A DNA stretch of 64,000 bases from Octopus vulgaris (GCA_951406725.2 OX597817.1:100998001-101062000), one strand, 5' to 3'. Counted from the stretch's first letter, positions 40,409 through 54,260 are shown. Program-made: numbers and translations. The notes: generated from the letters alone by a model not told the origin.

Positions 40409-40805
<397 letters not shown>

Positions 40806-40831
40806 CATCACTGTATATATATATATGTATA

Positions 40832-40896
<65 letters not shown>

Positions 40897-40898
<2 letters not shown>

Positions 40899-42424
40899 TA
40901 GCATTATGACCCGTCGTTGCCGGGTCATAGTGCTAGTGCATGTATATATGTGTGTATATATGTGTACATATTACATGTACATCTATATATATACATCTAC
41001 ACGTAAAATACAAAATACAAAGTTATATCTTGATATCGCTAGTGATAACAATACTCAAAATATATAACAGACTGGAATTGTAGGCCCGTGTCTTGCAATT
41101 TTGATCAATTAGATCTTGTCCTCCATCTTGTATAGAAGTGTGGCTACAATCCAGCCTACCTCTACTTCTGGGTGGGGGGAATTTTAAATTTTTATCCAGG
41201 ACGTCCTACGTCCCAGATATAAAGGTAAAAATAAAATATTTCCATTTTGCAAGGTTTGAGTCGAGTACTCCCTTGCACGCTCCGTTGACTCGAACCTTGC
41301 TTCTATTGTGGCGAATTTACCGCCTCTGGTTAGATATCTTTCATAGTCGCACCAAGACACTTTTCGATGGTGCTTTCCTCCAGGTGTTCAAATCTTTTTT
41401 TCTCTCTATATTGTATACTTTATAGACAATAGTATTTTCTTTAATTTAATTTTTCATTTCGTTTGGTGGTATTATCCTAGATTCACTGTCTTTGTCGGTG
41501 ATCAATCCGTATTTCTTCCATTTTAATTTCAATGAGTTCGCGCCCGCCAACGGCTGCAGCAAAATTCGTTTTTGGACTTTCTTCTAACGAAAATGTTTCC
41601 GTGTAAATGGTGAAAATATTGTCAATTTCCCCAAACAGGGACACAATTCAATTTTTAAACAATAACCAAAGCTCCTTCTCCCAAAGGGGCAGGGTTACAG
41701 TTTACAATTATTTAACAAATGCAACACAACAATGTTTCCTTTACGAGGAACCAACAAACGTGATAACAATAGTTAAACAGTAATAATAACAACAAACCCT
41801 ACGATGAGTCAGAAAGCAGTAAGCAGTTGAAGTCCTTTATGTAAAAGAAATAAACCAACAGGAGCGGCTGTTCGAGAAAACAGATATTACATACAGCCAA
41901 ACTTCATATAGATGCTTAATGCTAGCTAATTAGCAGATAATCTAATGTAAAAGCCGTGGTAAAGGGTATTGCACACCTCCATCTGGACTATTCCATTTCT
42001 GCACGCTAATTTTATTTTTAACTTATTCCCATTCATGTGAAACCACTTATTCATGTTCAAGTCATTGATGCAATTTTATACCAATTGCTATTTTTACTTT
42101 TGTTATGTTACGATTATATTATACTTTAGTTTGATTTTAATTATTACTTACTACATATAATTCAATTGTTATTATTTTTTTTATTGTTAAAGTGAAAGCA
42201 TCTGACATAAAATAGAGAAATGTTTTTGTTTCACTTTTAACACGTAATACTGAAATAGTGGAGAAGATATGATATTGCTATGGGCTCACTCTAGGCAAGA
42301 AGTTGAACATTTTCTTGCCAATGAAACTACATGGACCCTAAGTAAGGCATGTGTAAAATTTGAATGAAATTGGTTGTGCAGTTCTCAAGTTTTAGGGAAA
42401 CACACAGACAGACACACATTCTCA

Positions 42425-42430
<6 letters not shown>
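40897..42430 (-). mobile_element. Non-autonomous Helitron-like element
   Basis: Minus-strand 5' end TATAAAACTGAGAATGTGTGTCTGTCTG..GAGAACTGCACAACCAATTTCATTCAAATTTT (shared with 55826-55915); 3' GC hairpin CCCGGCAACGACGGG then CTAG before T. Confidence 0.65.
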
Positions 42431-42497
<67 letters not shown>

Positions 42498-42710
42498 CGG
42501 AATGGTCATATTGCCAGTTTAGCCAATAAAAACACACGCACTATATATTTGGTGTTATTTTGCTTCAGTGATATTTATTTTTTACATTAATCTTAATCTT
42601 ATTTCGGCCAAAGTTCTTTCGTCACACTCCTGTGACCGCATCAGTGGTCCTTTGTTTTCTTCTCACTTACTTGTGTCTCTCAAAAAATCTTGCACAACAA
42701 ATATTTAAAC

Positions 42711-42774
<64 letters not shown>

Positions 42775-42783
42775 GTGTGTGAT

Positions 42784-42817
<34 letters not shown>

Positions 42818-43738
42818 CGCGCGCATTATACACATACAGATACAAACAGATATTCATACATAGAAGAATTTACAATTAATGTTGAAGGGAGTGTGAAGCG
42901 AGCCATCTAGGCAGTAAGGATGCAAACTTTCAAAGGCCATGCGTCAAAATATCGCTTCATAGTTCTGTTATCACAAATAAGTGAACCTATAGTTGATATG
43001 TCGGGAACCTATAAACGACGACTGCATGTAACCTTTTGAGAAATCACCTTTCCAAGAGATAAAAAACGATAACTATTGACTACCTACTGGGTGCATCAAA
43101 AAAGTATTTTGATATTATGAGAAAATACTATGAAAGGTAACAAGCATTCGTTTGTTGTAGGTACATGTAGAACGACATAAAAGCTGATCTGAGTACAAAT
43201 TTTGTTTGCCGTTAATTTCTTTTAAACCAGATTTTTATCCTACAATATGTTCACGTAAACATATCAATGGAAGGAAAAATGCATAACTGTTTGTGCTATG
43301 CCTGTTGCTTTTCATATCGCTCACACAAACAATATCACTGGATGACATCCATTACAAGCCAAATTATCCATGCTTGTCGCTTTTAATTTTGGTGCAATGG
43401 TCTCTTAATATTGTGGTTCCATAGCTTGTTCTGTTATTGCTAACAGTTTATAGATGCCAATTCAAACTGTCGAGAACACTTTATTAGACTAACACTGAAT
43501 GAGAAAAAGAAATGTTTGTCATTTCGGCGGCTTTATGTTACCTCCAATAACGTGGAAAAGTGAAAGAGAAAGAGAGTAAAAGAAAAGAATGAAATACAAA
43601 TAAATCCGGAACGTCAAACATTTCTCCCTGTCATTCAGCGTAAAACTAACATATTTTATCATGTTTATTCGTTTGTATGTATGTATGTATGTATGTATGT
43701 ATGTATGTATGTATGTATGTATGTATGTATGTGTGTGT

Positions 43739-43785
<47 letters not shown>

Positions 43786-43794
43786 TGCGTGTGT

Positions 43795-45230
43795 ACAGGA
43801 ATCCTTCGCTTAACGGACGTAATGCGTTTCTGAAAATCTGGCCGAAACCCTGACTCCTATCTTTTCTGTCGCTTCACATTATAACATACTTTAGTATGTG
43901 TTTTTCTGCGTCTGCGATGTCGAGTTTCAAGCGCATTTCAGAGATTTCTGTGCATAAGGCTTGACTGCACGCAACAAGGTCTCCCCAGAAAGGGAACTTT
44001 GGTTCTGTGACTGTGTTACAACACAGTAACAGAACCAAAGTCTGGGGAGACCTTGTTGCGTGCAGTCAAGCCTTATGCACAGAAATCTCTGAAATGCGCT
44101 TGAAACTCGACATCGCAGACGCAGAAAAACACATACTAAAGTATGTTATTATCTATTATCTAGAAAAAGAATTGACGTGACATCTGTGCTGGGTACCCTA
44201 GATCTATTGGCTGTAATTTTGTATGATGCTGGGGATAACTCTAAAATTTATTTAGCCAGTTCAATTGCTGTACAATCTTTTGTGCCATGTATAAAAACGA
44301 TTGCTATTCTGCTGCAGCCCTTATGACTTGATAGGGCTGACTGTTAGAAGCAGTGCACATTACATCAGCGTATTTTCGTTTTGGTGCAGGTGATGCGCGA
44401 TTTTTCTCCCTTTAGAGTCTTTGTTTATTGTTTGGTGTCTTTGGACGGAAGTTTTCATCCTGCTTCATATAGCTGTGACACGGTTTTGGATGTGAGAAAC
44501 GGCAGTTTGTACTGTCGTTTTCATGCTAACTGATATCGTGCAAGTAGAATTTACACACTTGTGTGTGCTCTCACTTCTTTCTTTTCTATTGTCTGGAGTC
44601 TTCCTTGCGTCAATGTTTGTTTTCTTTATAACTATTTGAAACTTCGCGCATGGGCAGTTTGATTTATTTCTTTCCTTGGTTGTTCTTCATTAGGGATGTT
44701 TTTGGATTTTTCTTATTTTTTTATTTGTGTCGTCATCATCCTTTTGTTTCTGTGTGATTTTAGACGATTTTTTTACACTTTTTCTTCATTGTCGTTTCTT
44801 TTTTGCCCATTCGTCCCTTTGGTTGTTCACACTAGCAGTAGTAGGGCCATTAGTCCTGGTGTCTAGCACTCATGGTTTCATTCTTGATCCCGCGTCGATC
44901 AGTTGCACCAGCGGAGAAACTCTCACTCACATCATTATCTCCATCCTTGTCCTTTTCTTTGTGCCTGTTTTCAAAGATGATGTCAAAGATTGTGTCAAGG
45001 ATGCTAATGTGAGGTCTTATGAGGGCATAAGAGCTGACGAATTCTTGTTTTCCTTTGCTCTATCTGAGCTGTGATTCTTATGTAACCGTTGATCTTTAGT
45101 GCTGCCGTTATAATATTATTTGCATTGTCCCCTTCTGATATTTGCTAGCTTCTCAAAAACAATTTCAAATCTGCGCTTCTCCAGTTTCGAAGCATTTTTA
45201 GTGTGATTGTCGGCCGTTTCTTCTTGTATA
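43795..45230 (-). mobile_element. Probable pogo/Tigger-family relic
   Basis: TA-CAGGAATCCTTCGCTTAACG resembles a Tigger-type TIR; minus-strand KLQPIDLG (~44197-44222) resembles the DDE_1 LQPLDxG motif; second TIR not found. Confidence 0.4.
43881..44149. repeat. ~270-bp near-perfect palindrome
   Basis: 109-bp outer arms appear identical; inner 22-bp arms with one mismatch and a 2-nt loop; one ~6-nt bulge. Confidence 0.95.
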
Positions 45231-45980
45231 TTTAGAGAGATATAGAGATAGGGAGAGAGATGAAGTGATATGAAGAAAGAAAGAAAGAGATGAGATTTAT
45301 ATTGATTTACAAGTGGATATATCCATGCAGAGATAGCGTGATGGGAAAGAGAAGGAAAAGTTGTATAAATTGCGCAGGTATTTGAGTGAATATACCTATA
45401 TATGAGACGCAGAGAACGATCTACATATGTATGTTTGACACACATAAATCAACAAATGGGGAGAGAGAGGGAGAGAAAGAAAGTGACAAGGAGAGAGGGG
45501 GGGAAGAAAGAGAGAGAGGGAATGTGTGAGACACGGAGAGAAAGAGAAAACATTTCATTATTTTATGCAGTAAGGATCAGGTGCGAGGAGAAATCCAACG
45601 AAATTAAGCAATTGATTAATTAATTAACGGGTAGCAGCATAGTTATATGTCCAAATTATATAGAACATAAAGAAGTTACCGATCAGTCTACAGGCGAAGT
45701 AGTGAACTGTAAATGTAAACAAAGGTACTTCAGTAACGATATTGTGGTACGTAAAAGTAAAACACCTTTAGCTCCAATCATCACTTCTAGGAGTCAATAC
45801 TTACGTCCGTTCAATATTATTAATTAACTAAATAAATTTCCCTGAAAACCATGCTATCCTATACTCTGTTTATAATTATTGTATATTAGAAACTACTGTC
45901 GATTGTGTACTCTACCGATCTTTTTCAATTTTCTCAGAGCTTTCTACAGGAATGATTATCATACATACGAAGGAATGGCC

Positions 45981-46038
<58 letters not shown>

Positions 46039-46044
46039 GGCCAT

Positions 46045-47633
46045 ATATTTATTAATCATATAAGATTTTAGAATATATTTAATAATTAGTGGTTTTTAAT
46101 CCTTTCAATTATTTAATTCATTTTGTATTAAGTATTATTTATCATAGTTATTTTATTAATAAATATTATAGTATAGAGAGATTTTATTCTTTATTTGCGA
46201 CTTCATTCTATTTACACTGATAAACCATTAATATTCCCATTCACAATCTTATTGATAAAGCGTATGTTCCTCACGCTTAATGAATTCTTCAACAATTTAT
46301 TCTTTTTTTTTGTTGCTAATAACGTAAATCCACGAGTATTCTTATAAACGCTGTAAAGACGTTTTCCGATTCAAAATTTTAGTTCATTACTAAATCTCGC
46401 TAAGATAAGTATTTATTTATATTTAAGATCTTCTAATTGTAAATTTTAATATTGTATAAGTCTTTGGTGTAATAATATTTTCCTTATGTAAATATCGTTG
46501 TTTATGTAATGATCTAATTATCGTAATTTTCTATATTATTAGATATTAAATTTAAGTTTATTCGTGAGATACTACTTAGCGATAGATTTGTTGTTTGATA
46601 GCAAGTATACGACGTGTCAAAAGTTAGACTTTTGTATATACATGTTTTAATAGTATTAATTGCAGTTTTAAATTTCTTATAATTAAATAAGATAAACTTT
46701 GATAAACTTAGATATGTTTCGACTAAAGATAGGTCCAGTTCATGTCTAATTTAATAGCTTAATTTAGCTATTGTTTTTTTAAATTGATATTCGCTAGTTA
46801 TTCCCATTGATAATTATATTTATAGTATTTATAGTATTTATTCGATACTATATTACTACGAATTGATTATTTCTATAAGTATTTTACATAAGATTTCCGA
46901 AAGTTCGTTTAAGTTTGTTTATTTGTATTTTGAAATTAGCTATTTCATCTTTAAATATGAAAAGTTAATTTATTAGGTTTTTATTATATGTGCATATATA
47001 TTTATTTATTATTTTAGATCTTAATTATAATATTTATATACATTTATATATTTTCATTGATAATTTATATATAATAGTCATCTTTAAATATTTATGTAAT
47101 TAGATATAGATTAATACCGATATTAGATTATTGGTGGGTTTCCTACCTTATAAATTAAAATTAATATTTAACATTATAGTCGATTTTGATATAATCATAA
47201 TTGTTAAGTTTTGTTTCTAGTTTGATAATAGAGTTTATTATAAGTAAAATTATTATATTCTTTATATCTTAAAAATATTGTTTAAATATTTCTGATTATT
47301 TTTTATATATTTCAATTAATCTGAAGATTGACTGTAACCATAACTCGAATTATTAATTGAATTTAAATTATTGTTATTCGAATTGTACAGCCATGAAACG
47401 ATCGTAGTGTTTTACTCTTTATCTTTTATTAAACTTTTAATACTTTTGATATATATTTAAAATAATATAAATTAAATTAATTTTATGTATTGGCTTATGT
47501 TTTTCATTGTTTGATTTGCCTAATAGTGGTTTTATCTCTAATTTAATATAATATAATATATTTATGCTATAAAATTGGATTTAATCCTAAATCTGATTTT
47601 TCCCTGTAAGTTTGGATTTATTCCCTAATATTT

Positions 47634-47640
<7 letters not shown>
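46045..47640 (+). mobile_element. AT-rich probable PLE pLTR fragment with hammerhead-like motif
   Basis: Bounded by (TA)n; CTGAAGA (47321) ... GAAACGATCGTA (47395-47406) with a pairing stem II; no coding remnant seen. Confidence 0.45.
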
Positions 47641-47680
<40 letters not shown>

Positions 47681-47880
47681 TTATAAAATAAGGGCAAAAG
47701 AAAAATTCTAATGCCAAATATGCCGAAAATAAACAAAATTGTCAATAACCATTATAATTTATGCGTCTCGAAACAAGCCGATAGAAATTTTTTAAAAAAT
47801 CCGTTATCACCGTATTGGTCCCAATTTCAGAGTTAATTCATAAGAATTTTCTCCTCCTATATATATATATATATATATAT

Positions 47881-49516
47881 AGTGGTTGTCTACTTCTTAT
47901 GCAGAGTTTGACAACCTCTTGTACCTACACCTTAGCGCTATCATGGCATCTGATATGGCTTTTTAAACCAGACAATGTTCTGAAAAGACACCTACACAGA
48001 TTGCACAACCAATTTGAACAACCAAGAGCTGTAGATAGGTTCTGATCTTTGTGGATCTTAAAATGTCTTTTGAGGCCACCATTAGATTTGCAAACCTTCT
48101 GGCATACATTACATTCAAAGGTTTCCACAGACATATAGGCAAAATAGTTGGTGGAGGTTCGTTTTCCATGGTTCCGCAGATGAGATTTGAGCCCAGCAAA
48201 AGACAGGCATGTTCTGTCACAGACTGTGCACACAAAAAGGTCGTTGTCATTCACCTTCTCGATCGTTACATTCTTCCTTAGATCTCTTTTGAGTCTTACT
48301 TGTGTTATCCTGGCCTCTTCAAATGCTTTCATTCCACTCCACACTTTTGTTCGCCATCCAACTCGATCCGAAGCAAGAGGTTCTATGTCTTCTGGATCCA
48401 TTCCAAGTGACTTCATAGCAGTCCTTACGCCGTTATTAAACCTTTCTTTAGGTTTATGCCGATAGCATTTCCCCTATGTAAATTCACCATAAAATAGCTG
48501 TTTCGGCATACTTTCATCTGTCATTCGAACAATATGGCCACACCATCTCATTTGGTTCCTCAAAATCATAGCGCTAATTGAGGTGATGCCCGCAGATGCA
48601 AGCTTTGTATTTATACGTCGTTGGCACCTAACGCATAACCTCAAGCCACCAAATGCTTTTGCTACCCTTTGAATTTGCAAATGTATTTCTGTATCAAGAT
48701 TTCCATCATTTGGAACAGAGCTTCAAAGGTAGATGAACGAATCGACAACCTCAAGTAACTTACCCTTAACAAAAGTTTTAGGGAGAAGGGGTCACAAGCA
48801 GCACCACACATAGGTTGACGCATTACAATAGCTTTTTTCAAGTTGATGGTCATGCCAAAATCATCACAAGCTGAGTCAAATGCAGATACAAGAGATTGTA
48901 GACCTGCTTCAGAATGACTGATAAAATCGCAATCGTCAGCGTATAAAAGTTCTCTAATGAGTGAAGTAAAATCTTTCGTTTTGAATTTCAGTCTGGTCAG
49001 ATTAAAAACATTCCCTGTTGTTCGATAATTTATGTAAATACCCTCCTCAGAATTTTGAAAAGCATGTTACAACACAAAAGCAAAGTATATTGCAAAGAGG
49101 GTGGGTTCATCAATGTCTCCTTGCTTTACTCCGTTTTCCACGGCAAAAGATTCAGAAAGCCTACCACCAAAGTTAGCTCTAGCTTTCATATCTTGATGCA
49201 AAGCCCTGATCGTGTTTACAAATTTTCCTGGGCAACCTATTTTCTTTATAATTAACCACAGAACATTTCAATTAACAGTATCGAATGCTTTGCCCAAATC
49301 AACACAGCAATGGTACAGAGTAAGATTCTGTTCAATGCACTTTTCTTGTAATTGTCTGACAGTAAAGATACAATCAGCTGTGCTCCTGGAGGAACGAAAA
49401 TCACACTGAAACTCAGACACTATATTTGGAACTATGAAGGTATTTAAACGTTCTAAAAAATGCGGGCATGTACCTTTCCAACCACAGACAAAAGCAAAAT
49501 CCTACGAAAATTATCA
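47881..49516 (-). mobile_element. 5'-truncated RTE-clade LINE with three C-terminal C2H2 zinc fingers
   Basis: FTVRQLQEKCIEQN, VDLGKAFDTVN, GVKQG, LLYADDC, MTINLKK, MRWCGHIVRM..MPKQLFYGE; then CTVC..H..H, CNVC..H..H, CNLC..H..H (47925-48240). Confidence 0.9.
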
Positions 49517-49547
<31 letters not shown>

Positions 49548-51755
49548 CGTATGCTACAGTGAAATCAGTACACATCAAAGTCTTTACATAATCCACTTAT
49601 CTTTTTGTCCAATGCTTTGAAGATGGAATCTGTCGCTTAAAAACTCTTGTAATTTTTATTTTAGATATATGTCAGCAGATATAAATATAATATTACATAT
49701 TTATATAGTCTTTATAATATTTGCATTTGTTTCGCAAAATTCTTGATGAGATGCCATATGTCAAGACATATTTTATCTTGGGAGCTGTAAATGAAAACTT
49801 TAACCAAATAATCGGTTCATAAAAAGTGATGAACAAGTAGTTTGTGTTTATAGGCAGAATGATTCCCCCAAAATACAAGAATATGGAAGAATTTGATGAG
49901 TACTACTGTATGTTGGGGTTTGTATAAATGGTCATGGGACTTTTATGGCACAATTGTAGTATCGACAGATTGGTAGTACTTGAAATTTTCCAATTAAGCA
50001 TATATAAACAAAGACTGTGCAACAGAAAGTGAAGTGTGCATACTTCAAAGTCATCAGCCACACCGATATGTTATTTCATTGGAATATTTACTTTGAAAGT
50101 GTTTTAGCTTCAGAGACAGTTGTGATGCTTTCAAATTTCTATGGTAAAAGAATTATTGGTCTGAACTTTTAAAGGTTGTGACAAATGCAGCAGATAATTC
50201 CCAGTGACAGGAAGAGGAAACACTTTCAGACAAGAAATTTTTCTATGTACGCATTCACACATACTCACACACATGCACATACAGATATTTGCGTGTGTAT
50301 TCATGCGTGCGTGTGTATGCGTGTGTGTGCGCGCACACACCTATGTATGTGTGTTTGTGTATTTGTAAGTATGTACACACAGAAACATGTGTATATATAA
50401 ATATATATTCGATTGTTTCAAGAAGAAATTCATGCGACCGACGATAAATTACTATTTTCTTACTTGAGCTGGAGGGATGCATGCAGAGATTTTAGATTTA
50501 TAAACAAAATCGTTGTCCGTTTCATTGCAAATACTCAGTCATCAATAAGCTGAAAACCCCTATTTTCTGTTTTCTCTGTCTCTTTATCTACTATTATTTT
50601 AACGATCCCTGCTATTTAAGAAAAAAATGCAGTACCTATCAACATCCCAATCACCGGCCTCTAATTGTGTCAGTTCTGTGGTTTATCACAATAATACCTT
50701 ACTTAACACTTCATATAATATTTTCTTTCACAGAGCTTACATCTTCTAGGTTCTATGTCTGGTACATTTACTTTACTGATACAAGCTTACAACAATTCCA
50801 ATCGTATAAAATGAAAACGCACCCGCCGGTCATGGAAGACTTGTAAGGTTTTATACGACTTCCTATAGATTAATGCAAATGCAAACCCGCTAGATTAGCA
50901 TGACTATTTAAATGTGCGTATAAAACTCCCCAAATTATGCAACATTTGTAAATGTTTTGTAATTTAATTAAATTTAAACACTTAGAAAGAACACTCTGTT
51001 ATGTTATAAAACGAAAATATTTTTAAGAGCATAACATTCACAGCAACACCTAAATTTATATGTTTCGTAGAAAAAAATTATACTCGCATTATTCTGCAGC
51101 ATTGTTGAGAACTGAATTAAATTTCTACTGAAGAACAATAATTACACGAATATTAACTACATATTTTTTGCGTAATTGACTGTGGAAAGAAAAGGAGCTG
51201 GAAACACAAAATCAAATAAAAGATCAATAGCAAACATACTACCAATAAAAAATAACAGAAATTTAATTTTAAAAATGCTATTTTGCCAGCTGTGTAAAAA
51301 ACCACTTTAATTTGAATAGAGCAGTTTATTTTATTTGCACAGCAGTGTGGAGTTGAATTAATACGTGAGTACGCGAAAGAACATTAATGAAATCATATAA
51401 GTCTGACAGGTTGTGATAGGCACGTGGACAATTATCCCCAATATCTGATAAAGCAACTTGAGTTCGTATACTCTCAGTGGAACACCACTTTGGATAAGAC
51501 AATAAACATTATTCATCCTATGTAACTAGCATTAGAACAAACAAGAAGAGATAAAAGAAACCGTCAAGACGACGCCACATTCTCAATAGAATTTGATAAA
51601 TTGTTAAATCTAACAATTGGTTTTCGTTGTCGATTTCCGAAAATATCTGCTGTATTAGAACAGCCAAGCACCCAATACACGCACATAGACACACTTGTAT
51701 GCGCACATATACGAGCGCACGCAAACATATATATATATATATAATTTGTTTTCCC

Positions 51756-51829
<74 letters not shown>

Positions 51830-51905
51830 CATACATTTGGTTATACAAACGAGACAAAGATTACTGAAAACAAATGGTAGATTTTATTATACATACATAC
51901 ATACA

Positions 51906-51966
<61 letters not shown>

Positions 51967-51999
51967 TTTTATTTTAAGCAGCAGAAAATTCAACAAAAT

Positions 52000-52037
52000 C
52001 TGTTACTCTGAGTTTCTCGTTGCCGTTCATCAGACAG
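52000..52037 (-). ncRNA. Minimal type I hammerhead ribozyme (PLE F, inverted copy)
   Basis: Reverse complement of 54223-54260. Confidence 0.75.
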
Positions 52038-54222
52038 TTTTTGCTAGAATGGAACTGATATATCAATTCAATCTATACTCTTACAAACGCTACACCTTTA
52101 AAAAGAAATGGACTTGTTTGATTGGCCCTTTAGAAAAAACGGTCAATCTTCGAGCGATAAACAAAAAGGTCAAAAATATATGTATATATATATAAAAAAC
52201 TTATAAAAATTATAAAATCCGAGGAAAAAACCTATTGACGTTAATGAAGACAGTGCAAATTAATGCATAGAAATTAAACCTGTTATAAATACTGCAATAC
52301 ATATTTATATTAAAATTTACATATATATATCAACATACACAAAAGGATGCGCGTAAACGCCATACATACATATACAGACGTATGAATATAAATCTAAATA
52401 TACACATAAAAGCATGTGTACATATATTCACGCAAACCGTCTCGCACGCAAGCTAAAATTCATCTATGTAGCAATTCTCATATACTGAGCAAGGAGGGGG
52501 AACGAAAGAAAGGAGAGAGAGAAAAAGGAACGAAGAAGGGGTGGGGAAAAAACGAAATAATAAAAAATTATGTATACAAGCAGTGTAACGGTATTATTGG
52601 CATATATAGAGACCAGTATACATACACAAGTTTGAATGGATACATATACATACAGTCGTGTATATGTGTGCTTAAGCACAAATATACTTTCACTTACACA
52701 TACACAGATACGCATGCTTACAAATACATATGCTTTGCTATACATATACTTATATAAACATTCTAATTTTGACAACATTGCTTTTTTTTAAAAAAACATT
52801 GCTTTTAAAAATGGGTGCATTAATAAAAATATATACGAAAGACATATAAAATAAAATATAACATCCTATTTTGGGTCATTTATAAATAATCAATGTAATA
52901 TAAATAATCAAGGTAATCCTATGCAATACAATAACATGAAAACAAAGTTTGTAGGTTTTTCCTAATATATATGTAGAAACATAAGACTTTGCTATACGGA
53001 TTAAGATCCGCATACAAAAATAATTTCAAGTGCAAGCTTTGTCTATTAGAAAAAATGTACATCTTATTCAAAGACAATAATTCTTTGAATCAAAGAAGTG
53101 AGCTAATGAACTTATGTAGGCACGCGGCTAAATTTAAAATGTCGAATATAAATATACCATATGGATAGAGTATATATTTTGTATTTTTGATTTTGATTTT
53201 GACTCTTGAACGATGAGCGCTACGATGGATTTTGTTTTTGTTTCAAGCTATGCGGATCTTAATCCGTATAGCAAAGTCTTATGTTTCTACATATATATTA
53301 GGAAAAACCTACAAACTTTGTTTTCATGTTATTGTATTGCATAGGATTACCTTGATTATTTATTTTACATTGATTATTTATAAATGACCCAAAATAGGAT
53401 GTTATATTTTATTTTATATGTCTTTCGTATATATTTTTATTAATGCACCCATTTTTAAAAGCAATGTTTTTTTAAAAAGCAATGTTGTCAAAATTAGAAT
53501 GTTTATATAAGTATATGTATAGCAAAGCATATGTATTTGTAAGCATGCGCATCTGTGTATGTGTAAGTGAAAGTATATTTGTGCTTAAGCACACATATAC
53601 ACGACTGTATGTATATGTATCCATTCAAACTTGTGTATGTATACTGGTCTCTATATATGCCAATAATACCGTTACACTGCTTGTATACATAATTTTTTAT
53701 TATTTCGTTTTTTCCCCACCCCTTCTTCGTTCCTTTTCTCTCTCTCCCTTTCTTTCGTTCCCCCTCCTTGCTCAGTATATGAGAATTGCTACATAGATGA
53801 ATTTTAGCTTGCGTGCGAGACGGTTTGCGTGAATATATGTACACATGCTTTTATGTGTATATTTAGATTTATATTCATACGTCTGTATATGTATGTATGG
53901 CGTTTACGCGCATCCTTTTGTGTATGTTGATATATATATGTAAATTTTAATATAAATATGTATTGCAGTATTTATAACAGGTTTAATTTCTATGCATTAA
54001 TTTGCACTGTCTTCATTAACGTCAATAGGTTTTTTCCTCGGATTTTATAATTTTTATAAGTTTTTTATATATATATACATATATTTTTGACCTTTTTGTT
54101 TATCGCTCGAAGATTGACCGTTTTTTCTAAAGGGCCAATCAAACAAGTCCATTTCTTTTTAAAGGTGTAGCGTTTGTAAGAGTATAGATTGAATTGATAT
54201 ATCAGTTCCATTCTAGCAAAAA

Positions 54223-54260
54223 CTGTCTGATGAACGGCAACGAGAAACTCAGAGTAACAG
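54223..54260 (+). ncRNA. Minimal type I hammerhead ribozyme (PLE F)
   Basis: CTGT-CTGATGA-A-CG(GCAA)CG-A-GAAA-CTC-A-GAG-TA-ACAG: 4-bp stem I, GNRA-capped stem II, palindromic stem III, GUA triplet. Confidence 0.75.

Noticed and set aside
47925-48416. Stand-alone C2H2 zinc-finger transcription factor gene
   Set aside because: Contiguous with RTE ORF C-terminal motifs and lacks TGEKP linkers.
52416-53844. Pairs of near-identical 104- and 113-aa ORFs on opposite strands
   Set aside because: Trivial result of the inverted repeat; no recognisable domain.
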